NCBI GenBank assembly: GCA_028534125.1
Contig: CM052816.1
Coordinates: 4,404,001 to 4,468,000, forward strand
Direction: 5' to 3'
DNA from: Lama glama
Taxonomy: Eukaryota
DNA: 64,000 nt
In this document: in pieces, positions 1 through 11,049 of the stretch
Numbering within the stretch: position 1 is the stretch's first letter
How the letters are laid out: every line of letters starts with the position of its first letter
Notes under the pieces: generated by a model
What the model was told of the DNA's origin: nothing
The model's input: only the letters and a program-made list of their open reading frames with translations
Database searches by the model: none
Program-made: the position numbers and the translations under genes

Positions 1-58
1 ATTACGAATAGAGGCTAGACCAGGCACACTATCAGTGATTGTTAAATGAAGCTATAAT

Positions 59-152
59 CACTGAGCATCCACTGTGTAAGGCACTCTGCTGGAAATTGTA
101 GGAGAACAAAGAGGAATAAGACAAAAATCCCAGCCTTTTAAGACATTAGTCT
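59..152 (-). mobile_element. LINE-2 3' fragment
   Basis: 'actgagcatccactgtgtaaggcactctgctgg...gaataagacaaaaatcccagcctt...agtctag' resembles the antisense L2 3' end. Confidence 0.6.
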
Positions 153-568
153 AGAAATGTTATTCATTTAAAACCAAAAAGGAAAGGCTACTAATAATTA
201 AAGAAAATTATAAATAAATGTGAGTGTGTTAAGGATGAATTAAACTAGATAATGTTTTTGCCAATTTAGCATAAGAAGACCTGGAGGGAAATTTTTGCAT
301 CTTTGCTCAATTACGTGAAACAAATAGTTCTTCCAGGAAAATTTTTTTAAAAATTACATTAGGCTGAGAGAAGATGTAGATTCTGGACATAATCTGTACT
401 AGTAATGATAGCTTGGTGAAGTCATTCCACCTTCCACTTTTAAAATGGGGCTGTTCAGAGTACTCAGAGAAATAATTTTGGTCAGTTTGTGAATTTAGGT
501 AATGTAGGAAGTACAAGAATGACAGAATGAGAAAAACTGAGATTTCACAGGGGAAATGCCTGTGAAGA

Positions 569-749
569 TGTTACAGAATGAGCTGTGTTCCCCTAAAATG
601 CAAATGCTGATGTCCTAAATTAGTATATCAGAATGTAACGGCATTTGCAGACAGGGACTTTAAGGAGGTAATTAAATTAAAATAAGGAGATTGGGGTGGG
701 CCCTAACCCAATATGACTGATGTCCTTACAAGAAGAGGAGATTAAGGAC
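569..749 (+). mobile_element. MaLR LTR (MLT1A/B-like), 5' part
   Basis: Starts TGT; contains 'ggtaattaaattaaaataagg...gggtgggccctaacccaatatgactgatgtccttacaagaagaggagatt', typical of MLT1A/B. Interrupted by L1. Confidence 0.85.
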
Positions 750-3050
750 TGCAGGCGGCTTGGACACGATGGAGGAGTAGGAAGACCCTGATCTTATGTC
801 CTCTCATGGGCACAATGAAGTTACAACTATTTACAGAGCAACTATTGATGAGAAAGACCAGAATCTACCATAAAAGATCTCCAACAACTAAAGATACAAA
901 GAAGGAACCGCACTGAGAAGGGTAAAAGGGGAGGAGCCACAGTATAGTCAAGACCCGTATACCTGGGGGGCAAACCACAAACAAGAGAATAATTACAATT
1001 GCAGAGGATGCCTCCAAGAAGTGAGGGGTCTGAGGGTCACACTGGATTCCCTAGCCCAGAGGTCCTGCACTGGGAAGGTAAGTCCCTGGAACATTTGGCT
1101 CTGAAGGCGAGCAGGGCTTACTTTCAGGAGACCCAGAGGGCTGTGGGAAACAGAAACTCTACTCTAAGGGCACACACAAAATCTCACAAGCTCTAGGACC
1201 CAGGGCGGAAGCAGCACTTTGAAAGGAGCCTGGGTCATATCCACCTGCTGAGCTTGAAGAAGTCTCCCAGGGAAGCAGGAGGTAACTGGAGCTCATCCTG
1301 GGGACAAGGACACCGGCAGCAGCCACTTGGAGGAGCTCATGCTACCAAAGGGACACAGGTGCTGGCGAGCACCATTTTGGAATCCTCATTCCAGCTTATT
1401 AGCCTCTGGACCCAGCCGCACCCCTACCCACCACCCTGCAGGCACCAGTACTGGCATGCCTCAGGCCAAATAACTAGCTGGCCAGGGACACAGGCCCACC
1501 CATCAGAAGGCAGGCTGCCTTACAACCCCCTGAGGGGAGGAGAGGGGAGGAGAGGAGATGGATATGGTCCTCTTCACCAGAGGACCCAGGACACAGCCTC
1601 AAGCATCAGTGTGCAGGCACTAGACTCAGGACTCACAAAGCGCTGCATCCAGAGACCCCGGGACACAGCTCTACCCATCACTGGGCAGGCACCAGACCCA
1701 AGACACCCTAGGCTCTGAAGTCTGACAAGGCAAGACCCAGATAACCCACCTGCAGGCCAGCACCAGCCCTGGGACCCACTGGGTCCTGACCAGGACCATC
1801 AGAAGGCCAACAACAGCTCTGAGACACCTCAGGTCCCTCAGTCAGCGGCTCTGGGATCTATCCCCATGTACCAGGTGGCCAGAACTACCTTTGGAACACC
1901 ACAAACCTTATAGTCAGCTGAGTCAGGACTGGCCCAACCCACCAGCAATCTGACACCAGCTCTGGGACCCCCAGGACCTGCACAAGAGACCCCAGTATGC
2001 ATCTCTGCATGCCAGTGGACTGGCACTATCCTCAAGACGTGGCATCACCCATTGGTGGGTGGACAGTAACCCTGGGCTCTCCTGGACCCTGACCCCACCA
2101 ACTAGCAGGCAGACACCAGCCCCAGGACCACAGCAGTCCCACAGCCTGCCTTGTCAGGATTCAGCAACATACCAACATGCTCCAGCCCTGCCCCACACCA
2201 GGCCAGTTCCAGCTCTGGGACATCTTGTGCCCCTCAACCAGTGGCCTCAGGAACCAGCCTCACCTACTAGTTGGCTGACACCATCATCAGGACCCAGGGC
2301 CCTGTAGCCAGAGACCCAGGGACCCAGCTCCACCCTCAGTGAGCCGGCACCAGCCCTGGGACTCCCCGGGCACTGTGTTTGAAATTAAGATGTCAGCAAC
2401 TTAAAATAATCACATATATACCTCATGATAACCACAAACCAAAAATCCATAGAAGACACACATAGACAAGAGACAAAGGAATCAAAATATAACATTAAAG
2501 ATAATCATCACTAGGAAAAGAAAAAAAGAAAAAGAAGAAAAAATTAATAGACATGGTTGAAATTGACAGTAACTAGTTACAGTAAGAGACTTTAACACTC
2601 CACTTACATCAATGGGCAGATCATCCAGACAGAAAATCACTGAAGAAACACTGGCCTGAACAACAACTTAGGCCAGGTGTACTTAGTAGATAGACGTAGA
2701 CTACTTCATCTAAAAGCAGCATAAGACACATTCATTTCAAGTGCACCTGGAATGTCCCCCAGGACAGATTACACGCCACTCTACAAAACAAGTCTCAGGA
2801 TATTTAAGAAAACTGAAATCATATCAAGCATCCTTTCTGACCACAACACTCTGACACTAGAAATCAACTATAAAAAAAACTGCAAAAAAACCTCACAAGC
2901 ATGTGGAGGCTAAACAACATGGCTTTAAATAGCCAGTGGGTCACTGAAGAAACCAAAGAAGAGGTCAAAAAATAGCTGGAGACAAATGGAAACAAAATGC
3001 AGTTATCTACTATCTATGGGATGCAGCAAAATCAGTTCTAAGGAGAGAAG
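750..3050 (+). mobile_element. Cetartiodactyl-type L1, 5' portion: 5'UTR, degenerate GC-rich repeat region, inter-ORF segment and part of the ORF2 endonuclease; ORF1 absent
   Basis: 5' end 'gatggaggagtaggaagaccctga...acaactatttacagagcaactattgatgag'; repeated 'gggacccagctc..cacc..ccagtg' units at ~1400-2370; endonuclease motifs GDFNTPL ('gactttaacactccactt', ~2588) and SDH ('tctgaccacaac', ~2836). Confidence 0.85.
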
Positions 3051-3068
3051 ACCACAGTCATTAAAGTC

Positions 3069-3209
3069 GACCTCGGAAGAAGCCAGTCCCGCTGCCATCT
3101 TGATTTTAGACTTCTGGCCTCTAGAACTGTGAGAAAACAACTTTCTGTTGTTTAATCCACTTAGTCTGTGGTACTTTGAGATGGCAGCCCTGCTATACAC
3201 TACGTAACA
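3069..3209 (+). mobile_element. MaLR LTR (MLT1A/B-like), 3' part
   Basis: 'cttgattttagacttctggcctctagaactgtgagaaaacaactttctgttgtttaatccac...gtctgtggtactttg..atggcagccc', ending in CA. Confidence 0.85.
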
Positions 3210-3498
3210 GTAGCCGAGGAGAGACCACAATGCAGGTTTGACAGCTGTGAAAGGAGAAAGAGAAGACTGGAGCCTCATCCTGCAGTGCAGCTCCAAGAAA
3301 GTCCCAGACAGACATGGGAATCCAGGGGTGCTGACAGCCTGTTAGAGAAGCACCCCACTGGGCAGGAATGCCCTGGCCCTTCTGCTGTACGCAGATCCAG
3401 AAGGGGTGACAGCTGGAAGCCATCAGCTTATCCCATTCCTTGCAAGTCTCTCTCTCCTGGAGGGAGACCTGAGTGGCACGCCTCCATGACAGCCCAGT
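3210..3498 (-). mobile_element. ERVL LTR16-like fragment (continues at ~525-568, left of the MLT1)
   Basis: 'agaccacaatgcaggtttgacagctgtgaaaggaga' and 'ggagacctgagtggcacgcctccatg' resemble antisense LTR16; 'gggaaatgcctgtgaag' precedes the MLT1. Confidence 0.5.
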
Positions 3499-4454
3499 GA
3501 ACATATTTTGAAAATGCTAAAGAAAGTTGTTATTATGATTCCTCCTTGATACTGCTGCTCCTACTGCTACCACTGCTGAGCCCAAATTTGTTCATTCACT
3601 AAACAGAAGACAAGGAGGAGGAGGTCTTTGCTGGGTTAGACACCGGTGGACTCCAGAATTACAGTCCCTACAAGGATGCTCCAACATTGCCCTCTGCTAT
3701 GCAAAGAGACAACATGAAGGGTCTTCTCCCTACAAAATACCTATATAACTGACCCCTCATGAGGCCCACTATGTTACCACTAGAAATTCATCCATGTGGT
3801 TTAAGATGTGTCCTAATCGCTAATGAACCCAGATGCACTAACATCAAACCTGTGCTCTTAACCACTGAACTACACTTGGCTTTAGGGAAACTACACAGTT
3901 CTCCACAAGAGAAAAAGGGAAAGGATGGATGAATGGGAGCATAGGTATCTATTATTTTTGTATATTTTGTATAATATATTCAGTAAGGTTTGCAGCCAGT
4001 AAATGTCAACAAAGTCTTCCTGGCTGGTAGTAATATACAGAAGATAAAATGAGGACAAATATTAGGGTCTATGAGTTGTGACAGGCTAAGAAATATTAGT
4101 TATTGCAACCCAGGTCTGAATTTTTAATTCCTCCTACAAGCTGTGAAACTAGGCCCCTAGCTTAAGGTCCCTTCCTTTGAGGCCCTCCAGTTTCAGAGAA
4201 CTTATTACTGGTTTAGCACTGTCATTTTCCTTAACTAGAAAGGGTAGTCTAACTAGTTAAATAATATTCTGATTAATAGTGCAGTTAAATATATATCCTG
4301 ATTTGGGTGGACATATTTTAAATAAAACAAAATAAGATGCTCAAACAAGTTATATAATATACAATTTTACTTTTGTCATATGATCCAGGAGGCCCTGGGG
4401 AAGCCTGTATTGCCCCCAAAGCCACTGCTGTGAAAAACTAAAGAGAAAGTGGGA

Positions 4455-4630
4455 AGGAATGAATAGTTATGAGGAGCCAACTTTGTGCAAGACACTGTAC
4501 AAGGGCCTCCCTGCATATTGCCTCACTGATGTCCTAGAGAGACCTCAATTTTTTACACAATGAAACTGAATCTCAGAGATGTAAATGACAGACTTGAAAC
4601 TTCACAGCTAGAGAGGGATAGAACCAAGAG
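4455..4630 (-). mobile_element. MIR SINE
   Basis: Core 'ttttacacaatgaaactgaatctcagagatgtaaatgac..acttg...tcacagcta'. Confidence 0.7.
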
Positions 4631-4654
4631 GTGTGACCCAACTAAGTTTGATTT

Positions 4655-5090
4655 TTATTAGTTAGGAAATGTGTTTGGCTGATAGTCATACAGACAGTGA
4701 CTGAAAAAAAAATTCTAAGAGTATCATTTTACTCTCATGGAAAAAAGTCTAGAGGTAAGTTACACAATGCTGGTATAGCAGCTCCATGAAGTCACCACGG
4801 ACCCACGATCCTTCTGTCTTTCTTTTCAGCTATCCGTAGCACTGGTTTCATCTTCAATGATAGAGATGGATGCAAGAGTGCACATCCATATTCCAGGGAG
4901 GGAAAAATGAGAACAACAAGGTACAAAAATGGGTAAACCTCTTTGGTGAGTCAGAACTTTTTAAGATATCCTCTTAGAAGCTCCTCTTAGGAACTTTCAC
5001 TTGCTTTGTCTACCTCCAGTGACACAGAAGGCTGGACATTTTGCTACTAGAATCAAACTGGAGGAATATGGGAAAATGAATATTGTATAG
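4655..5090 (-). mobile_element. Old MaLR LTR (MLT1J/K-like)
   Basis: 'tattagttagg...tttggctg...aaagtctagaggtaag...gctggtatagcagctccatgaagtcacca..gacccacgatccttctgtctt'. Confidence 0.6.
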
Positions 5091-5689
5091 TCTGCCCTAG
5101 ATGTACTACCCATGCCATATCCACTTTGTCATGCTGCTAAAGGATGAAGAATGTGGGAAGGATTTTCAACTGGTGGGGATGCCTGCTCCCCAGCTGAGAA
5201 TTGTACTCTTAGTAAAGGTGTATTGCTTATAGGTGTAAATTCTAATCTCTAGTGTTTTAGTGGGGAGACAGATATTTTGAGCTGAAATTCTAGTGACCTT
5301 GATGTGTGAAAAGTTAACCTAAAACTTAAATTCCTTGAACAATCTCCAAACCCTTTAAATGCCTGGGTAGCCCAGAAGGTTTGGAGGATATATCTAGAAA
5401 AATAACTGAGACGAGAACTGTTTCACTTTATAAATTAAAATATTTAAATGATCTCATTTGTGGTAACCTAAGGTCTCTCAGTAGGAATAGGAAACTGGAT
5501 TTGTTCTTTAGCTTTAAAAATAGATAACCTAAGTTACTTACATAAACGTACGGTTTTACAAATATCTTAATTTTATATTATGTTTCTGTGTGCTTTTAAA
5601 TGCAAAGAAATGTTCTCGTTAGGATCGTAGAAGCAAAGAATGCTGGAGCTGGAAGGGGCCTAGAGGTTACCTTGATGACTTACTCGACT

Positions 5690-6250
5690 TGAGTAGCAGG
5701 CTTTCACTGTTAATAGCGTTCCTTCTCTGGTATACTGCTGTCCCATGTGTGGCTAGGCAGCTTCATTTAAACAGCCTTCTTATGTTTGTGGCTTCCTTAC
5801 ACTGTGAATTTTGCTTTCCTAAGGTAGAAGCCAGAATTATTTTTTTCCAGACTTTCTGGCAACTAGGACATAGACATTTGATCCAGGCTTCCTCAACCAG
5901 CCATGCATCCTCAGGACTTCTATTTAGGAGGAGCAATGTGTGAGAATAGGGAAAGTGTGGAGTTCACTTTCTGGTAAGCATGAGGATGAAACAGCCAAGT
6001 GCCAGAATCAGCAGAGACAGTGGTCCATGGGTAACAACACATACAAGATCTGTGATGCTAGATTGAACATCCATGTCAGCAATTGTGGCAGCAGAAGGAT
6101 CTCTACTGCAAAACAGAGTAATCTAGGCATATTTCTCAGGTGTGCAGCCTCCAAGTGTTTGCTGCCTACCACCCCATAAAGATTCTGTCTTTTAATAAAT
6201 ATCTTTTCTATCAAAAGTAGAGAAGATTCTGTTATCATGAATGAAATAAT
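5690..6250 (+). mobile_element. ERVL LTR33-like solo LTR inserted in a MIR3-like element
   Basis: 'ttttccagactttctggcaactaggacatagacatttgatccaggcttcctcaaccag'; AATAAA at ~6194; MIR-like flanks at 5635-5670 and 6250-6290. Confidence 0.6.
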
Positions 6251-6329
6251 CTTATTTTATAGATGGGAAAGCTGAGACTTAGAGAAAGTAAAAGAAATAT
6301 GGTTTGCAATATCTGATGATGTGACAGGC

Positions 6330-7030
6330 AACAGAGTAAAATAGGGAAGGATTAACGGATAACAACCAGCCAGCTAGACAACATGCAGCAGGAGGAGTTG
6401 AGAGAATAGCGGTGTAGACAGACTCTGGGGCTGCTGACAAGGAAGGTGGAACACAGAGTTGAGTAAAGGGGAATTTACGGTTACAGAAGCCCTCTTCCAC
6501 GATAGAGGACTGACTGTGCTAGCAAAGACCCACAGAGACGATGATAACACAGAGGTAGAATGGCCCTTATAAACCTGGAGAATGCAATGGCCCAAACTAA
6601 GTAATAAGAAAGGTCAAAACTGTCATGGGCAGCTGAGCAAGAGAGAAATCAAAAGGCTCAAATGAGCAGACATGTTTATGATATATAAATTATATAAGCC
6701 CGAAATCCCAACAGCCAACTGTGTTCTGTGGGAGGACACACAGAACACGGAGAATATTGTTTTACAGTGCAGTGGGATACACTGATGAGCAGGGCAAGAG
6801 AACCACCGGGAAGCTCAGCTGGTGACTGTCCTGTTACAGACCAAGGCTAACAGGAAACACTGTTGTAAACTAGGCTCCCTAAGAGCAGTGGGGATGACAG
6901 AATATTGACAGTAATTTCAAGCAGTGCTTAACTATTAGAACCAAGGCACAATTATCTTACTACTAGTATAGGCGAGCGGTAGCCAGGGAGACCTGACATG
7001 CAGAGAGCTTTAGACACAGTTAAAAGAACA
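6330..7030 (+). mobile_element. ERVL (HERV16/ERV3-16A3-like) gag remnant
   Basis: Decayed translation follows ERVL gag (..DKEGGTQ.LSKGEF..TEALFHD..LT.LAKT.., W..WP.L, EG..RL, LGSL.AVGM, ..DLTCREL); many stops and frameshifts. Confidence 0.75.
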
Positions 7031-7809
7031 CAACATCATACAACTCAAGAGCAAAAATACCCAAATGACCCGATTAAAAAAATGGGTAGAGGAACCAAAT
7101 AGTTATTTTTTTCAAAGAAGATATACAAATGACCAACAAGTACAGGAAAAGGTGTTCAACACTACTAATCATCAGGGAAACGCAAGTCAAAACCACAATG
7201 AAATACCACCTCACACCTGTTAGAATGGCTATGATCAAAAACAAGAAATAACAAGTGCTGACAAGCATGTGGAGAAAAGAGATCCCTTGTGAACTATTAC
7301 AAATTAGTTCAGCCAGAATGAAAAACAGTACATAGGATATTTTAAAAATTAAAAATAAAAATACCATAGGACCCAGGGTATTTATTAAAAGAAAATGAAA
7401 ACACTAACTCAAAAAAGTGTTAGCACTCCAATGTTCAAAGTAGCATTTTTTTTACAATAGCCAAGATATGGAAACAACCTGTGTCCATCAATAGATGGAT
7501 GATGAAAGAAAATGTGGTGTACATATACATCAGTAAGTAATTCCACCATAAAAAAGAAAGAAGTCTTACCATTTGATACAACACGGATGGACCTTAAGGG
7601 TACGTGGCAAGTGAAATAAGTCAGACAGAGAAAAATGAATAATGCATGATCTTAGTTATATGTGGAATCTAAAATATACATAAATAAATTTTAAAAACTT
7701 CATAGGTATAGAGAACAGACTGGTGGTTGCTGGGGAGGTGGAATGGAAAAGGGAGTTAAAAAGTACAAACTTCCAGTTATAAAATAAATAAATAATGGGG
7801 ATGTCATGG
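7031..7809 (+). mobile_element. L1 (L1MA9-like) ORF2 C-terminus and 3'UTR, 3'-truncated
   Basis: 'atcatcagggaaacgcaagtcaaaaccacaatgaaataccacctcacacctgttagaatggc' and 3'UTR 'gtacaaacttccagttataaaataaataa'. Confidence 0.9.
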
Positions 7810-10800
7810 TGAGACTGGTGAATTCTATGGGCTTGAGCTCATTTATTCAGTCCCTTTGCTATAAAATGATCTCCTTAATCAGAAAAAAAATGCTGTGTGG
7901 CATGCCACAGTGCTGAACAAGGCATGTCCATGGATGGCGGTTATGGTGGAAACGTTACAACCAGGGAAGGCAGAACCTTACACAGAAGATGTGTCTATTC
8001 CACTGAAGACTCACCTTCACCTGTCCATGATGCAGGAGGCCCAGTAATCAACGTGCCACCTGGTGTCTGGCGGATCCCTCCAGAGAACAGCTCCATATGA
8101 GGGGCTCAAGGCTGATGTCTATTATTGTCAGGCCCTCAGCAGGAGTGTTATCCAGGACAGCCTCCTCTGTCCAGGGAAGAGGGAGGCCATGCACAGCTTC
8201 CATCCCTGCCACTTTGTTCATGGCCCAATAAGCAATCGCTTCGGTGGCTGGCGAAAGAGGCTGACATCCTCAGGGCATATCATTTTGTCCACCTGGCTAA
8301 TAGGGGCATTCTCTGCAGCGGCTGTACTTTGAGGGGTGCTCACAGGAGACACAAATATCTGTAATGTCTGTCTATTCCAGAAGGTTTACCCACATGACTT
8401 CCTCCCCAGACTACCTTGTCACCGACCTTCTAATGCTGTTCTTTTCAAGACCTGATCATCCAGCCAAACTGTTCACATCTGCCTATAAATCAGTGCTGAT
8501 TCATATCTCTTATCCACATCTCACTCCAAGGGGAAAAAACTCAATGTGCCACTTGAAGTGGATTTTCCACTGTCCTGCAGGGTCACCCTTTTGTGGGTCT
8601 AGTGCTACAACTGTCCACTTTGGGTGATAGTAGTATATCATGATATCCATCAGTAAGCCTAGCTTGAGTTTTTTTATTCCTCAGTCAACTCGTAAAGAAC
8701 TTCCAAAAAGTCCTTATGTGTGGGCTGTGGGAGAGGCAGCAATATAACAGGAGTCATTACTGCAGGAGCAAGAGCTGTCTGGTCATGACTTCCTTGTATC
8801 TTCTGCACTTGTCTGAGCTCAGTCCCTTGTACATCATTCCACGTGTGATAGATTAATGGTAGGTACACCCAACCTTGTGTCTGGGTATTTCAAATATACC
8901 AAGTTCACGACAAGAAGCTCAGGCCACACGGTCATCTGACATAACATAAGTAGGCATGTAGTCTCCAAAGGTCCAGCAGTAAACCAGGAGCTGTTCCTCA
9001 AAATGATAACAGTTATCATCAAAAGGGGGTATAGATTTGCTCCAGCATCCTAGAGGTCTATGCTGTGATCTACTGGTGCTTGTCTAAGGCTCTGTTCAGC
9101 ATTCCTAGTAGCCTCAGAGACTTCAAATGCCATTGAATCTGGAGGATCATAAGGCCCAGGTGATAAAGAAGCTTGTGATGCAGCCTGGAAATTGCTTCAG
9201 AGTACCTTCCCCCTCTATTTCCACCTGAAACTGGCAACCTTACAAGGTGACTGTGTGGACAGGTCAAAGTCGCATACTCAAATGTGGTGCGCTACATTGA
9301 CTCCCAAGTCCAGAAAGCTTTTACCAAATATTGTGCCTCTTTTTTTTAACATCGTGCGGCAAAAGGTCTAGCAACTTGTAGTTCTCTTGTGGGGGGATAT
9401 CTAGATTTGCTCCCGATGAGTGAACCCTCCAGAAACTTCACTGAATTAGCAAGTCCCGGAAATTGTATGCACTTTATTTCCTGTTCTCTCATTTATATAT
9501 GTTCTGCCAAGGCATCAAAGAACTCTCTACTTCCTGCTCATCAGATAAAAGCAGCATACCATCATGAATGCAGTAGACCAGCGTGCTCATTTGCAGAAGG
9601 TCAAGATGATCAAGATCATTGCAGGCTGTATTATGCAGACAGCAGAATTGATACAGCCCCAAGGCAAGATGTAAAGGTATATATACTGTTGGCAATGCCA
9701 GGTAGAGGCATACTGCTCCTGGTGGTCTTTGAAAATTGGTATAGAGAAGACATCGTTACCCAGGTCAGTAGCTGCATGCAAAGTGCCAAGGGTCATGTCA
9801 ATTTGCTCTAGTAAAAACACTGTATCTAAGATAGCAATAGCAACTGCATTTAACATTTGATTAAATTTATGATAGTCTATAGTCCTTCTCCAAGATCCAT
9901 TCAACTGTTGCGTAGGTCAACCCGATGGATGAAATGGAGATGTGGTATGTATCACACCCCCATACCTTTCAACTCCGCAATGGTGTCACCAATCTTTGTA
10001 ATTCTCCCAGGAATATAGTATTGCATCTGGTCAACTATCTTGGTAGTGAAGAGAAGTTTCAGCGGCTTCCACGTGACCCTTCGTACCATAGTGGTTCTCA
10101 CTCAGTATGTCAAAGAGATATGAGGATATTCTACCCATTGCTCAGTATATCTCTTCAAATTATATATTGAGTAACTGGAGCAATAATCATGGAATGAGTC
10201 TCAGGGTGAAATGGACCTACTGCGATTAGGACTTTATTACTAAGACCCCATCTATTATTTGATTACCATAAGCCTCTTACTTTGACTGTGTCCACAGGAG
10301 TTAGCACCAGTTCAAAGCCACTGTCTAGTAATCTCTGAAAGATCCGTGATTTTCCTTTTCCTCCAAAGTTTAGTCAATCTGTTACGGCCACAGATTCCTT
10401 GCAGAAGGCTTGGAGGAAAATTTATAGCATGTACTTGTGGCAGTGTTACAGGGCCCTTCTGCAAGGAGACCCAGATTTCCCTTCAGTCAAGGGACTTCGG
10501 GTCTGTGAACGGGCATAGGTCTAGAAATGAGGCTGTAACTCACCACTGTGGTGGTGCAAGTCAGATTTTCTGCTTCCAGAGTTAGAGGGTTTTGGGTTAT
10601 ATAGATCAAGCAGTGTCCTAGTAGGCTGTCCATAAATTTTGTGACTGGGGGGAGACAATCAGTTAACCACTGTCAAAGGTCTTTGTTGGCCAAAGCATTC
10701 TGACTCCCTCTGTGTCCCTGCTACTCTTCATGGCAGCAAGGTGTGGCCGCTTTGTTTTATAAGTTAAGTGTTGCTTCTTGGTCTCTGCCACTCTGTAACA

Positions 10801-10855
10801 CTGTCATCCCCGCTGAAATCAAGGAGTGCATTGGCTGTCTCGCATGCCAGCTGAG
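7810..10855 (-). mobile_element. ERVL internal region: gag C-terminus, protease, RT, RNaseH and integrase, pseudogenised
   Basis: ORF 9587-9904(-) 'GSWRRTIDYHKFNQ...LLEQIDMTLGTLHAATDLGNDVFSIPIFKDHQEQYASTW' is ERVL RT; integrase-like 'LSPSYGAVLWRDPPDTRWHVDY' at ~8045-8120(-). Confidence 0.9.
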
Positions 10856-11049
10856 ACCCACAGGGGGAGGAAAGGACGAAAGCACATTGGAACTAGGATG
10901 AAAAACCCCTTCTAGCACCCTCTACTGGCAAACCTTAACTACATGCAAGCTGACGAAAGAAAAACCATTAAGATAAAGAGTCAGTGTCTCAAACAGGGCG
11001 ATAAACAGTAAATTTGGAGCTGAAAGGCAGTAAAATGATAACTGTCACA
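10856..11049 (-). mobile_element. ERVL LTR41-like LTR, 5' ~190 bp
   Basis: Minus strand begins 'tgtgacagttatcattttactgcctttcagctccaaattt' and contains 'aaggtttgccagtagagggtgctagaa', matching the recalled LTR41 5' end. Confidence 0.7.
10913..10931 (-). promoter_or_regulatory. Candidate CTCF binding motif within the LTR41-like LTR
   Basis: Minus strand TTGCCAGTAGAGGGTGCTA is close to the CTCF core consensus (CCAC/GC/TAGA/GG/TGGCG/AC). Confidence 0.5.

Noticed and set aside
999..2307. Pro/Gly/Ser-rich ORFs, including the 154-aa ORF at 1254-1718
   Set aside because: They lie in the GC-rich L1 5'UTR/repeat region, where stops are rare. No domain resemblance.
1400..2370. Quasi-periodic repeats that might suggest a CRISPR-like or novel array
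   Set aside because: Degenerate units of variable length belonging to the L1 5' region. No constant repeat/unique spacer structure, and the sequence is mammalian.
9389..9904. RT-like ORF as a domesticated retroviral gene
   Set aside because: Only ~105 aa are open. It is frameshifted before the YxDD region, and surrounding pol has many stops. The 140-aa plus-strand ORF is its antisense shadow.
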